A stretch of DNA of 64,000 nucleotides from a virus. Taxonomy: Duplodnaviria; Caudoviricetes. The stretch lies in the IMG/VR virus record IMGVR_UViG_3300033066_002031, positions 3,864 to 67,863 of that record; one strand, 5' to 3'. The position numbers and the translations under genes were made by a program. The notes under the pieces are model-generated. The model was not told the DNA's origin, made no database searches, and saw nothing but the letters and a program-made list of their open reading frames with translations. This document shows, piece by piece, positions 24,292-34,400 of the stretch. Positions within the stretch are counted from its first letter, which is position 1, and each line of letters opens with the position of its first letter.

Positions 24292-26763
24292 TTAGGACGA
24301 TTGCGGCGCCCTGCCCGACTGAATAAGCCTGCCGATCGTTTCCGCCCATCTCCTAGCGCATCGCTGGGGCGTCATCTGATCGCAGACGTATTTCCTCGCC
24401 CGAAGCAGCCTCAGGCGGTTGCCCTGGGTTTCCTCCGTTGCAATCATAATTTTGGCGGACACGTCTTCGGAAGTCCATGTGTTCGGAACGATTACGGCGA
24501 GGTCAGATGCCGGGTCGACTACGCCTCCGGACGTCGCGACCACCGGGACGGAACTGAGCCATGCCTTCGCGACGCTTCTCCCGAACCCACGGTCCATGTC
24601 GACGTTCAGGAATACGTCGGTTGATGCGATGATTTGTCCAATGTCGCCCTCCTGGATGATCTTGACTCGATCTCCCAACTTGTTCTGGAAGTTCCTGATC
24701 GATTCGGAATGGATCGATCCAATACCCGCCATGACGCCCGCGATGCGTTCGTCGCCCGTTTCCATCGCTTCCGCCAAGGCTACGGCGGAAGCGATGCCGC
24801 AAGTCGACACGACCACAGAGCCTTCGGGAAAGCCCCAGTCGATGCAGTCGCCTTCGGGAACCGTCACTCCGTCGTGGATGATCGCCACGACGCGGGAGTT
24901 GCCGATGCGGTCGGCGGCGTCGCGGCTGGTCGCTACGATCAGGTCCGCCCAGAAAGCCGATTCGACCTCTTCTTTGGCGGTCAAAGGATTGTCGACGACC
25001 TTGATGTTGACGACATGGCTCGGCTGCGAGTCGATCAAAGCTTGGGAAGGAGACGTCCCGTAATATATCATGACGTCCGAAAAACTTGAGAATGATTTCG
25101 CCGTCGCGTCAATTCCGAATGTGGAGAACGAATCGCCGGTCTTGTAGTGGACGGAGCCAAACGACAAGTCGTCGGAGATCCAATGGTCCCGGACGTTTTC
25201 GGCGAACTCCCTGGCGTCGGCGTCCCACCCCTCGACGACGATCGACACCTCGGCTTGCGACGGGAACCCTTCCGGAGTCACGAAATCATTTTGGCTGGCT
25301 CCTTCTATCTTGCATTCGATGCACTCCTCGATCGTCACGACGCCGGGCTTGACGCCGCCTTTACCCAGGGCGCACGAGAACTTGTTGCGGCAAGAGCATT
25401 CCGGGAGCAAACCGCGCCATCGGCAAGCGTCGACGGCTTTCTTGGCGACGTATGCAGCCCTAGGGCTGCGAACCGGAGGGGCGACCTTCCCATCAGCCGG
25501 GCGAGCCGATCGCCGGGATTCGACGGCGGTGCGGATCAGTTCACTCCATTCTCCCCCCGTCTTCCCGATCGTGTACTCCATCGCCGCCGTCTTCGCGGCG
25601 GCGTCGACCCTAGCGGTTCGGTTCGGATCGGCGAAATCGTTCAGGATGCATCTCGCGACGATCTCGCCGCGATTGGTCCTCGGCATGATGCGGACCAGCC
25701 TCTTGTTGACTGACGCGATGCCGACGTCGACGCTTATGACCGGCGTATGCGACGCCCAGGCTTCCACGATCGCTGATCCGAATCCACCTCGTGAAGACGG
25801 CTTGACTAGAGCGTCGATGCACGACAGGTATCCTCCCAGTTCGTAGTTCCACGGGAGGAACCCGACCCTCCCCGGAACCTTGTCGTCGACGAGAGCCTGG
25901 AGGAATTCGAGGTAATCGCCTTCTCCGTATCCGCATATGAGAAGGGCGAATCGTTCGGGCAGGAACCCGACAGCTTCTATGAGCGTTTCGAGATTCGCAT
26001 TCGGCTCGACGCGACCAATGTATCCGATGATACTCTTGTCCGGGAGATTGAACATCCTCCTTGCGACATCCCTGTCGATCGCGAGGCACCTCTCTGGGTC
26101 CACGCCCTTCGGGATGACGCTCAGAATCGCCGCGTTCGGCTCGAACGGGTTCGTCGACGTTCTACATCGCTCGGTGCTGAATACGATGATGTCGGCTGCG
26201 TCCGATCGCTTGGACAGCGAAGGGTTGGACGGATCGATTTCGGAGTCGACGACGCTGAATACGACCGGTTCATTGGTATGCGAATCCAGGAAGACGCCTT
26301 CAACGTCGACGTTGCCAAGAAGGATTGCGGCGTCGCATTTGCCGACGAAGCCGGACGCCGACGCTTTGCCGCAGGACACCTGGAACCTGGACGAAAGGAA
26401 GGCGAACGACATGCGATCCTGATCGGTCAGCAGCGATTCTTCATATTCACTCAGGATCGACATGGCGACGACGCGAGCGTGGGTGTCGTAAAATGATTTC
26501 GCCAGAGACGCTATCGACGCGGCTTCGCCGAGGTCGGGTATCTTGTCGGCGATCAGCACGACTTCGGCGGCGCGGCTCGTGTCCACAACCGGGGCTCTTG
26601 GCGGCGTGTAATCTTCAGGCAGCCCGTCTTCCGTCGCAACCTGCCTGATGACGTCGCGGTATTCTGGCTGTTCCGCAGCGAGGTCGCAGTACACCGGGTG
26701 CGGCAGCGTATAGCTGGGGCATCCGTACGGCAAGTCCTTGCAAGGGCAGTGGTTGCATTTCAC
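24292..26763 (-). CDS. Tandem-domain GT-B (GT4-like) glycosyltransferase with Cys-rich N-terminus
   Basis: IGYIGRVEP.....YLSCIDALVKPSSRGGFGSAIVEAW and a second DVFLNVDMDRGFGRSVAKAW; GTG start overlaps the upstream stop. Confidence 0.75.
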   Translation of the reverse strand: MKCNHCPCKDLPYGCPSYTLPHPVYCDLAAEQPEYRDVIRQVATEDGLPEDYTPPRAPVVDTSRAAEVVLIADKIPDLGEAASIASLAKSFYDTHARVVAMSILSEYEESLLTDQDRMSFAFLSSRFQVSCGKASASGFVGKCDAAILLGNVDVEGVFLDSHTNEPVVFSVVDSEIDPSNPSLSKRSDAADIIVFSTERCRTSTNPFEPNAAILSVIPKGVDPERCLAIDRDVARRMFNLPDKSIIGYIGRVEPNANLETLIEAVGFLPERFALLICGYGEGDYLEFLQALVDDKVPGRVGFLPWNYELGGYLSCIDALVKPSSRGGFGSAIVEAWASHTPVISVDVGIASVNKRLVRIMPRTNRGEIVARCILNDFADPNRTARVDAAAKTAAMEYTIGKTGGEWSELIRTAVESRRSARPADGKVAPPVRSPRAAYVAKKAVDACRWRGLLPECSCRNKFSCALGKGGVKPGVVTIEECIECKIEGASQNDFVTPEGFPSQAEVSIVVEGWDADAREFAENVRDHWISDDLSFGSVHYKTGDSFSTFGIDATAKSFSSFSDVMIYYGTSPSQALIDSQPSHVVNIKVVDNPLTAKEEVESAFWADLIVATSRDAADRIGNSRVVAIIHDGVTVPEGDCIDWGFPEGSVVVSTCGIASAVALAEAMETGDERIAGVMAGIGSIHSESIRNFQNKLGDRVKIIQEGDIGQIIASTDVFLNVDMDRGFGRSVAKAWLSSVPVVATSGGVVDPASDLAVIVPNTWTSEDVSAKIMIATEETQGNRLRLLRARKYVCDQMTPQRCARRWAETIGRLIQSGRAPQSS

Positions 26764-29700
26764 GACGACGGACTCTCCGTGATGGTTACGACTCCGGGAA
26801 TCGCCGCGCAGGATGCGAAGCGGAATCTGAGATTGATCGGTCGGCAAGTGTAAGTCGTCCTGCCGTTTGCGACGTCGGAGGCGTTTCCCCTGTCCAGTGG
26901 GCTGTATGGATAGTAGTACGTGTAGTTGTCGGAATAGACCTCCGTCGAAGAGAACACGCCCGTCGTTGCCCCGACGTACCATTTCGTCACGACCTTGCCC
27001 GAGGCGTCGCGAACGAGTTGCTGATAGCCGGTGGCAGGGACGGACGGGTCCGGATAATACATGTAGTACCTCGGTCCTTCTCCCAGGAAAGGGCACATAG
27101 GAATGTATGCGGGTATCTGGTTGCTTTTACCGATGGCGTCTTGTATCGCGTCCTGGTCGGCATAGACGGCGAGTTCCGGATGCGGATCACCTGCACGAAC
27201 GTCTCCTCCGCCGCTTCCGCCGATGCCGTCCGCATCCCTGTAGGCGTACCCCTGGGTCTGGAACGGCTGTACCGGAGCCGGATAGGACGCAACTCCGTTG
27301 CCCCAGTTGCCTCCATTCAAAAACATCGAATCAACGTCGACGCACTTGCCGTCGGTCATGAAGTATGGCGTGGGAAGCGTGAAGCTTCCACCTACCGTAA
27401 CCGTCGAATTGGTATTTTGGCAGTACGTCACCATTTGGTCGTATGTGCCAAAGAAGCTCCTCGTAGGACCCCCTAGCGGAAAAACTCCGGGGAGGAATCC
27501 GACGTAATAGTCGTAGAACTCGCCCGAAAAATTCCTGGCATTGATGTTGTGGGTGTAGGAATTCCATCTCGGAGGGTAAACGACACTATGTCCAAGGGTG
27601 GAATCAACCGTGATGGCGATGTACCCGTTCGTCGGGAAATATTGGGTCAATCTCCACCTTCTTCCGTCGGGGCATTGCAGTCGATAGACGATCGAGGCGC
27701 TGACGGACGTCCCCGGAGTCGTGACTGGCATATACCCCGTCGCCGGATAGGGGAATTGCTGAAAGTTGTTGCTGAGCAGCGGACCAGAGTTCCTCAATTG
27801 AGGGACGCACGTCATACCGCCGTATCCGGTGGTCTGATACTGATAGCACCCCCACCACTCCGCTCTCTTGTCGTTGTAGACGACGTAATTGTTGACGTCC
27901 CGATAGCTGTAAGCCATTGACTTCAACGTGATGGTCTTGTTGCCGTCGGTGAGCGACATTTCCAGGGGCAGCGGTTCGACGCAGCCGCCGTCGCAACAGA
28001 CCCCGGAAGTCCCTTTGATGCCGATGCCGATCGCGTTGTTCTGGCACGGGAGTGCATGGACGTAGCCGCTGTTGGACTGGAACCCCGGCGCCGAGGTGTA
28101 GACCTCGTATACGCCCCCCGATTCCCTGATGTTGAAATAGCACTTGCCCTTGAAGTCGGTCGTCTTCTTGTCGAGGATTACGAATCCGTCGTCGTTGTGA
28201 TCGGTGATGTAGATATTGTAGCCAACCGCCCCCGGAGGTAGTTTCGGCAGATAGACCTTGGGTATCCAGCCTTTCTTGGACACCTTGAACTCCGCGCTGA
28301 TCGGTCCAGGTTCGGTTTCGCCGTAACGGACGGCTCCGGTGTCAATCATCTGACCATTGGCGTCATAGATTTTGGCGGCGCCGACGAAGGTGTAGCGAAG
28401 CGAGTAGGTCCCGACGTCCAGGCTGCCGCCCTCTTCGCCGTATCCTCTCGGGTCGACGATGGCGGCGACGGTCGGGTTCGGAATCGGATAGTTCCAGTAG
28501 TAGAAGAAGACTGACGCCGGAGAGACAATTGGATCTCTCGACCCGTACGGATATACGAGGTTGAAGTTGGAACCCGTCTCGTTCCGCGTCGGCGGCGCAG
28601 GCGGCAACGGTATCGGACCGTAATACTTCAGAGAATTTCCGGAATACTGGCTGATGATCCGGTGCAGCTTGTCCTTTCCGCCGCGACGCACGCTGGTGTA
28701 GACGTTGGTCGACTTGACCTTGGGGTTACGGGAATAAACGCTTCCGATTTTGGGGAAGAACTCGAACTCCACGCATCCCCAGTTGTCTGTGGTGTATTCG
28801 TACGTTGAAGAAGGTTGACTTTCTTTGATAACGCCGCTGCCGTCGTCGTACATGTATGTGAAGACGAAGTAGTGGGTTCCTGGCGTAATCTGGGCGATCT
28901 TGCCTCTTTCCGGCGTTGCACCGCCCACATGCCCCAGGGGGAACACGCCGTTGTCCAGAGTCGGGTTATACGACATTTCTCCGGGAGACGGCGGCATCGT
29001 AAAGCCGTCGACAAGGGCGATTTCCCTGCTCTGCGCCATCTGGGCGTACAGATACTCGGCTCCTCTCTTCCCAAGCGTGACCTCGACGCCGCCCAGCGGA
29101 TTTGGCACCGTCGTGCTGAGGCTGTTGGGTGCGAATATGACGCTGCCGCCTGGGTCGGTCGTGCTGCTGCTCGTCGGGAACGTGGAGCAACCGCTGACCG
29201 TGACGTCGATCCAGCCCGGCACGTCGCAGAACGTGTAGGCGATCCAGTAGGCTCCTGGAAGCATGCCGCCGCCGTTCCGCCCTCCGCCGACCGGGTCGAC
29301 GACTGGGGCGGTCGTCGGGTCCGTCGTATGCGTTTCGCGGACGGTCCCCTCGCTCCCGTCCAGAACTATCGGGCTGCGGTTGTAGGTGTCGACCGGGGCG
29401 ATCAGGTCGACGTAATCGAGATTGTTGAGCGGCTTGTACAGATAGAGAGGGTCGTCGACGCCGCCTCCTGCTCCCGCGTTGACTGCGGATATGTAGAGGT
29501 TGATCCCTGCGGCGCGGGCTGGATAATCCTCCTGCTTCGGCAGGTAGACGCGGGGAACGTCGCCTTTCTGCTGGACGAAGAATCTCGTGCGAGGAGACGC
29601 CTTCGTTTCCGACTGATTGGTGTAGCATCCGCCCGAATGCCAGTCGAAGATCATCCGCTCGGACACGATCGCGCGGTCCTGACCCACGTTCTTGGAGTCG

Positions 29701-30155
29701 TCCACGCTTGCGACCGTAAAGTATTTCTCGCCGTGGTTCCTCTCAAGCCAGACGACGGAGCCTTGCGGCAGATAGACGCTGTTCGCCACCGACATGACGA
29801 ATGCGGGCTGCCTTAGGATCGTCTTCCCATTGCTGTTCTTCTCGTAGTAGGAGGATCGTCCCGAGGGGTTGGCGACCCATTTGCCCTTCCCGGCGTACAT
29901 AGCTTCCTGCCACGAGAACGCCGTGATGGAGTCGAGCTTGTCGTAGCCCGTGATCATCGCCCAGAATCCGCTCCGCTCGACGACAGGCTGGAGCGTCTTG
30001 CCGGACGCAGAACGGCTCACGCCGTCGCCTGGCGCCATCGACCAGCGACCGCGTTCCTCGATCTTGCGAGCCATCTCGACGAGGAACTGGCTCGTGATGG
30101 GATCGCCGGGTCGGAGTTCCGACGACGACCGCAGGAAGTCGCTCCTGGATCTCAT
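26760..30155 (-). CDS. Large tail-tip/receptor-binding protein with Ig-like repeats
   Basis: Follows the tail genes; carries 3 copies of the G.L..G.Y...YT....GET module also seen in the 37658-43027 protein; Gly/Tyr/Pro-rich. Confidence 0.6.
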   Translation of the reverse strand: MRSRSDFLRSSSELRPGDPITSQFLVEMARKIEERGRWSMAPGDGVSRSASGKTLQPVVERSGFWAMITGYDKLDSITAFSWQEAMYAGKGKWVANPSGRSSYYEKNSNGKTILRQPAFVMSVANSVYLPQGSVVWLERNHGEKYFTVASVDDSKNVGQDRAIVSERMIFDWHSGGCYTNQSETKASPRTRFFVQQKGDVPRVYLPKQEDYPARAAGINLYISAVNAGAGGGVDDPLYLYKPLNNLDYVDLIAPVDTYNRSPIVLDGSEGTVRETHTTDPTTAPVVDPVGGGRNGGGMLPGAYWIAYTFCDVPGWIDVTVSGCSTFPTSSSTTDPGGSVIFAPNSLSTTVPNPLGGVEVTLGKRGAEYLYAQMAQSREIALVDGFTMPPSPGEMSYNPTLDNGVFPLGHVGGATPERGKIAQITPGTHYFVFTYMYDDGSGVIKESQPSSTYEYTTDNWGCVEFEFFPKIGSVYSRNPKVKSTNVYTSVRRGGKDKLHRIISQYSGNSLKYYGPIPLPPAPPTRNETGSNFNLVYPYGSRDPIVSPASVFFYYWNYPIPNPTVAAIVDPRGYGEEGGSLDVGTYSLRYTFVGAAKIYDANGQMIDTGAVRYGETEPGPISAEFKVSKKGWIPKVYLPKLPPGAVGYNIYITDHNDDGFVILDKKTTDFKGKCYFNIRESGGVYEVYTSAPGFQSNSGYVHALPCQNNAIGIGIKGTSGVCCDGGCVEPLPLEMSLTDGNKTITLKSMAYSYRDVNNYVVYNDKRAEWWGCYQYQTTGYGGMTCVPQLRNSGPLLSNNFQQFPYPATGYMPVTTPGTSVSASIVYRLQCPDGRRWRLTQYFPTNGYIAITVDSTLGHSVVYPPRWNSYTHNINARNFSGEFYDYYVGFLPGVFPLGGPTRSFFGTYDQMVTYCQNTNSTVTVGGSFTLPTPYFMTDGKCVDVDSMFLNGGNWGNGVASYPAPVQPFQTQGYAYRDADGIGGSGGGDVRAGDPHPELAVYADQDAIQDAIGKSNQIPAYIPMCPFLGEGPRYYMYYPDPSVPATGYQQLVRDASGKVVTKWYVGATTGVFSSTEVYSDNYTYYYPYSPLDRGNASDVANGRTTYTCRPINLRFRFASCAAIPGVVTITESPSS

Positions 30156-30167
30156 TCGCGATGATCC

Positions 30168-30596
30168 TCAGAAACATGGAGAGAACTGGAAAATGTATTC
30201 GGCGAATCCGGGAGCCCTGGTCATCCTGACGACGGTCCCGATGGTGATGCTGCTGTTGCCGTTGACCTCGTACGCCGGGTAGAACTCGTCGGTCGTGTCG
30301 GTCTGTAGCGTGCCGTAGCGACCGGCGACTTGCTGGATCGATTCGCGGTTCGGGTTCGTATCCGAAAGCCAGGGCAGGTACTCCTGCCATGAATACGGAT
30401 TGGTGCCGCCGGTGATCTTGGCGTAGAACCACTCCTTGCGGTTCGGCGAAATCTGGTATCCGGCTGCGTTGCTCCGGAGGTTGAATCCTGGGGCGACGGC
30501 GACCTTCCCCTGCCTCTCGACTTCCTGAGCCATGAGGTTGAGGAACGACGCCGTGATCTTGTCGCCCCGCTTGATCCTGGGGATGTTGGAAGGCAT
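30168..30596 (-). CDS. Minor tail protein, paralogous to the N-terminus of the 26760-30155 protein
   Basis: GDKITASFLNLM..EVERQG..F.AKITG....YSWQE versus GDPITSQFLVEM..KIEERG..FWAMITG....FSWQE. Confidence 0.65.
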   Translation of the reverse strand: MPSNIPRIKRGDKITASFLNLMAQEVERQGKVAVAPGFNLRSNAAGYQISPNRKEWFYAKITGGTNPYSWQEYLPWLSDTNPNRESIQQVAGRYGTLQTDTTDEFYPAYEVNGNSSITIGTVVRMTRAPGFAEYIFQFSPCF

Positions 30597-30607
30597 CGCC
30601 GCTCCTC

Positions 30608-31435
30608 TCAGACCGGAAGACCGTTGAAGTCCGAATACTGATATATAGGCGACGGATCGTTGCCTAGCTGCGGATTCGGCTTCTGGAAGACGTATTCGAA
30701 CGTCGGCAGGATCGGATGCTTGAGCTTGTTCCACTCGACCTGGCGATACTGGAACTTCCAGTCGATCTGCCATTGGGGGGAGCCCAGCACCGTGGACTGG
30801 CGGCTCGTTTCGCAGCCGATGAACAGCATCGTCCCCGGAGCGGCGCCGTACCATTCGGACTGGTTGACGGTGCCGATCGTGGCGAGGACGTATGGCAGCG
30901 GGAACGTCGGGAACCGATGGGTCGTGATCGAAAGCTCGATCGTCGGCATGACGATGCCGAGCGTCTGCGGCACCGGCGTGCCGTCCGGGAACACGTAAGC
31001 CCCTTCCGGGAGTTGCAGGATGTCGGCGGAGAACGACAGCTTCTCGGTGCGGAAGTTGTCGTCGCCGGACGTCGGGTATTCCGGCGTCGAGAAATCGACG
31101 ACCACGACGGCGTAGTCGTATCTCCCGTGGAGACCGTTGGGGTGCGACTTGCCGACCGGCGTCATGCGGAACGACGACGCCAGGAGCCTTGTATTGTCCG
31201 GGTAGGACGCCGGCACATACCGGGTGTACTGCATGCCCTGCCCCAAACCGTAGGACACGGTCTTGCCCATCATCTCGCGATAGAACTGCCAGCGGTCCGC
31301 CCAATCGACGATGTAGGTCGCGGAGGCGGTGACGCCGTTGCGGTCGCCGCCTTCCGTGGTCTGCTCGTGGAGTTGCTTGAATGGGACCGAGATGCCGCTG
31401 TTGGGCACCAACTTCAAGTCGACTTGATCAGCCAT
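30608..31435 (-). CDS. Tail protein directly after the tape measure (Dit-like position)
   Basis: Synteny only; 275 aa. Confidence 0.55.
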   Translation of the reverse strand: MADQVDLKLVPNSGISVPFKQLHEQTTEGGDRNGVTASATYIVDWADRWQFYREMMGKTVSYGLGQGMQYTRYVPASYPDNTRLLASSFRMTPVGKSHPNGLHGRYDYAVVVVDFSTPEYPTSGDDNFRTEKLSFSADILQLPEGAYVFPDGTPVPQTLGIVMPTIELSITTHRFPTFPLPYVLATIGTVNQSEWYGAAPGTMLFIGCETSRQSTVLGSPQWQIDWKFQYRQVEWNKLKHPILPTFEYVFQKPNPQLGNDPSPIYQYSDFNGLPV

Positions 31436-31457
31436 CGTGAAATCCTTTCACTCATGG

Positions 31458-34400
31458 TTACTGGGCTATCGCTCCTCCGAAATTGTTGACTTCCGTCATG
31501 TTCGCCGGATTCCGAGCCTCGGTGTTCTCGGCGATCTGTTCGAGCACTTTCAGTTGCTTCTTCGGGATGTCTTCCTTAGCCAACGCCGAAGACTGGAGCT
31601 TGCGGGAGAATTCGACGAGCCCCGTGAAGTCCCCGGCGCTCTTGCTGTGCATGTTGGTCATCTCGTCGCCGAGCGGATCGAAGATGCCGGTGCCGCCCTT
31701 CCGCATGTGCTCCCGCTCCCTCGTCTGGGTCTCGTCGGGAGTCTCGCGGAGGAGCCTGGCGATGCTCTCGGTCAGGTTCTTCTCGCTGCCGAACGCGGTC
31801 AGGAGCTTGGAGATCGTGGTGACGTCGCCCTGCTTGAAATCCTCGACGAGCTTGTTCGCCAACTCCATCGCGCCCTTCTCGGTGCTGACGTCGCCGCCCT
31901 TTTCGCTGATGATCTTATTGCGGGCGTCCACCGTGCCGAGCTTCAGGTTGGTTATCGACTTGAGGGCGCGGTCGGTGTTGTCGTTCGAGAGGAGGAGTTG
32001 CCGCTTCTTGGCGGCTGCCTGCTTCGATATCCTGGGCGTCCGGTACTTGGTTCCGCGAAGCGTGCTTCGCTGCATCCTTCCGGCAGCCTCCTTGGACACG
32101 CGGGCGGTGCGGATCGCCATAGCCATCCGCAGCTTCTCGCGATACGAGTTCGTGTCTCCCTTCTTCAGATCCTCCTTGGCTTCTTTCTCAAGCTTGGTCG
32201 CCGCCTCCATCGACTCCTTGACGTTTTCCTTGTCGGTGCCGCGAAGCTTCGCCAGCAACGGGTTGTCCTTGCCGATCTTGGCGTCGTCGACGCCCTTGAG
32301 CTTGAGGTGGTTTTCGTAGTCCTTCCGAGAGAAAGGCTTCAAACCAGCCTGGGTTCGCCTCAGATTCTCGTCCAGGAAAGCCCTCTCCTTGGCGGAAGCC
32401 GCAATCCTGTGGAGGGACGAGTTGTATTCTTCCAGCGCCGCCTTGGACTTGCGGGCGGCGGCGTCCTTCTGCTGCTTGAGCAGCGTCTCGTTGTCGAGCC
32501 CCTGCTTGGCGAGTTCGGCTTGCATGGATTGCCATTTGGCGATCTGCATGGCGTAATTGTTCGCATCATGAATTGGAGACATGCCAAGCGACGCATTCAT
32601 CTGGGGCTTCGGAATGAAGCCCTTCGGGAGCGGCTGGGCTCCAGGCTCGCCGTTCGGGGCGCCCTTCAGGATTGCTCCGTAGAAGCGATTGGCGGTCTCC
32701 AGGTCGTACTCCCTGGACGCAATCTTGTCGGCAAGCTCAAGCTCTTTCTTGGCGTGAGCCTTCTGGGCGTCGTACATGATCTTGTTGCCGCGTTCCCAGT
32801 ATTCGTTGGCGAGCTTCTTTCGCTGGTCCGCGCTGGCGAGGAGATCGAACACCGTCTTCTTGACGGCTTCTTCATAGTCCCTGTCCGCCAACTCCTTCGA
32901 CTTCTCCTGGGCTTGCTGGATCAGCTTCGGGTCCGTCATGTTCTTCAGCCAATTCGGCTTGGCGAATTCCGGCAAGGTCGGGAACGGAGCATTCTTTTCG
33001 CCGTTGGGCGGCGGCGGAAGAATGTTCCTGTTCTGCATGTTCCGCACCTTCCCGGCATTCTGGAAATAGGAGCCCTCCGAGTTGAAGTAATCGATCCAGC
33101 CGACGCCGCTCATTATTCCAGCCGGGAGCAGCAGGGAGTCCAGAGCCGTGCCGACGGCGCGGTTCACCATGTTGCTCATCCGATTGGCGACGCCGCCGGC
33201 GCTGACCGTGCCGGGAACCTGCTCATAGTTCTGTTGCTCGTCAATGAATCCGGCAGCCATGTTGATGACTTTGAAGAATCCGGCGAAGGCGGATTGGACA
33301 GCCTTCCCGACCAGCGGCATCTTGTCGACAAGATGACCGATGAATCGGTCCGTCACCGTCATCAGCGTCCCGCCCATCCAGTCAGCAAGGCTCTTCCAAT
33401 TCGTCTTGAGCCAATCCCACGACGATTCCCAGGCGTTCGTCATTTTCGCCATGAATTCATGCCACTTCTGGCTCATGAATTCGTAGAACGGCTCGAATCC
33501 GGCGATCAGATACTGCTTGGCGGTGATCGCGCCGGATTCGATGGCAGACACCCAGCCTTCGATATGGCTCCTGTTGGCTTCGAAGAAATTGCTGGCGGCG
33601 TCCATCGCGACGCCGAAGAACTCGGCGAGCGCGATGGCGGCTGGCATGAGCATGTCGCCGACCTTGGCGGCGAGAGCCGTCAGCTTGTTCGTGCTCTGCT
33701 CCAAAATGGAGTAGAACTGGCGAGCCCTCACGTTGGCGGCTTCGATGAGCGAGTTCTGGCTCTTCCACTCCTCGGCGCCTTCCGCCATGAACGTGTCGAT
33801 CATCTGCCAGTTGTTAGCCATCTGGAGGATGACGCTCGACGTCTGACGACCCTGAAGCTGCATCTTGCTCAGGACGCGAAGCTGGTCGACGGGCGAGAAC
33901 TTGCCGATGGCTTGCAGCACCATCTTGAGAGCTTCGATGGGCTTCGTATTGATGGCGTGCTCAAGCTCCTGGAACGGGATCTTGAGCGCCTTGGCGTAGT
34001 CCTTGGTCTTGTAGGCGGTCTTGATGAACAACTGCGACATCGCCGTGCCGCCGACCTCGACCTCGACGCCAGCGTCTCGCATGGCGGCGGCGAGACCCAT
34101 GACCTCGCTGGGCATGGCGCCCAGCGTTGAGAGGACGCCGGACAAACGCCTTGTGAGGTCGAGGATGTCGCGACCCGTCGCGGTCGAACTGTTGTCGAGC
34201 TTGACGAGCGCGGAGGCGAAATTATCGATATATTCGGGTCCGAGACCGAAGACGCGGAGGATTCGGACGATGTACGTCGCCGCCTCTTCGGTCGGCATGT
34301 CGGTCAACGCCATACGGACGCGGGCGATCGACTTGGTGAACTCCTCGATCGCCTTGACCTTGAGCGAGCCTTCCAGCCCTTCGCCGATGCCCATGCGGGC

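Noticed and set aside
31437-34130. 897-aa plus-strand ORF and similar long shadow ORFs (e.g. 50377-51981, 52400-53860, 5569-6756)
   Set aside because: They are antisense shadows of real genes in high-GC DNA, with no motifs or RBS.
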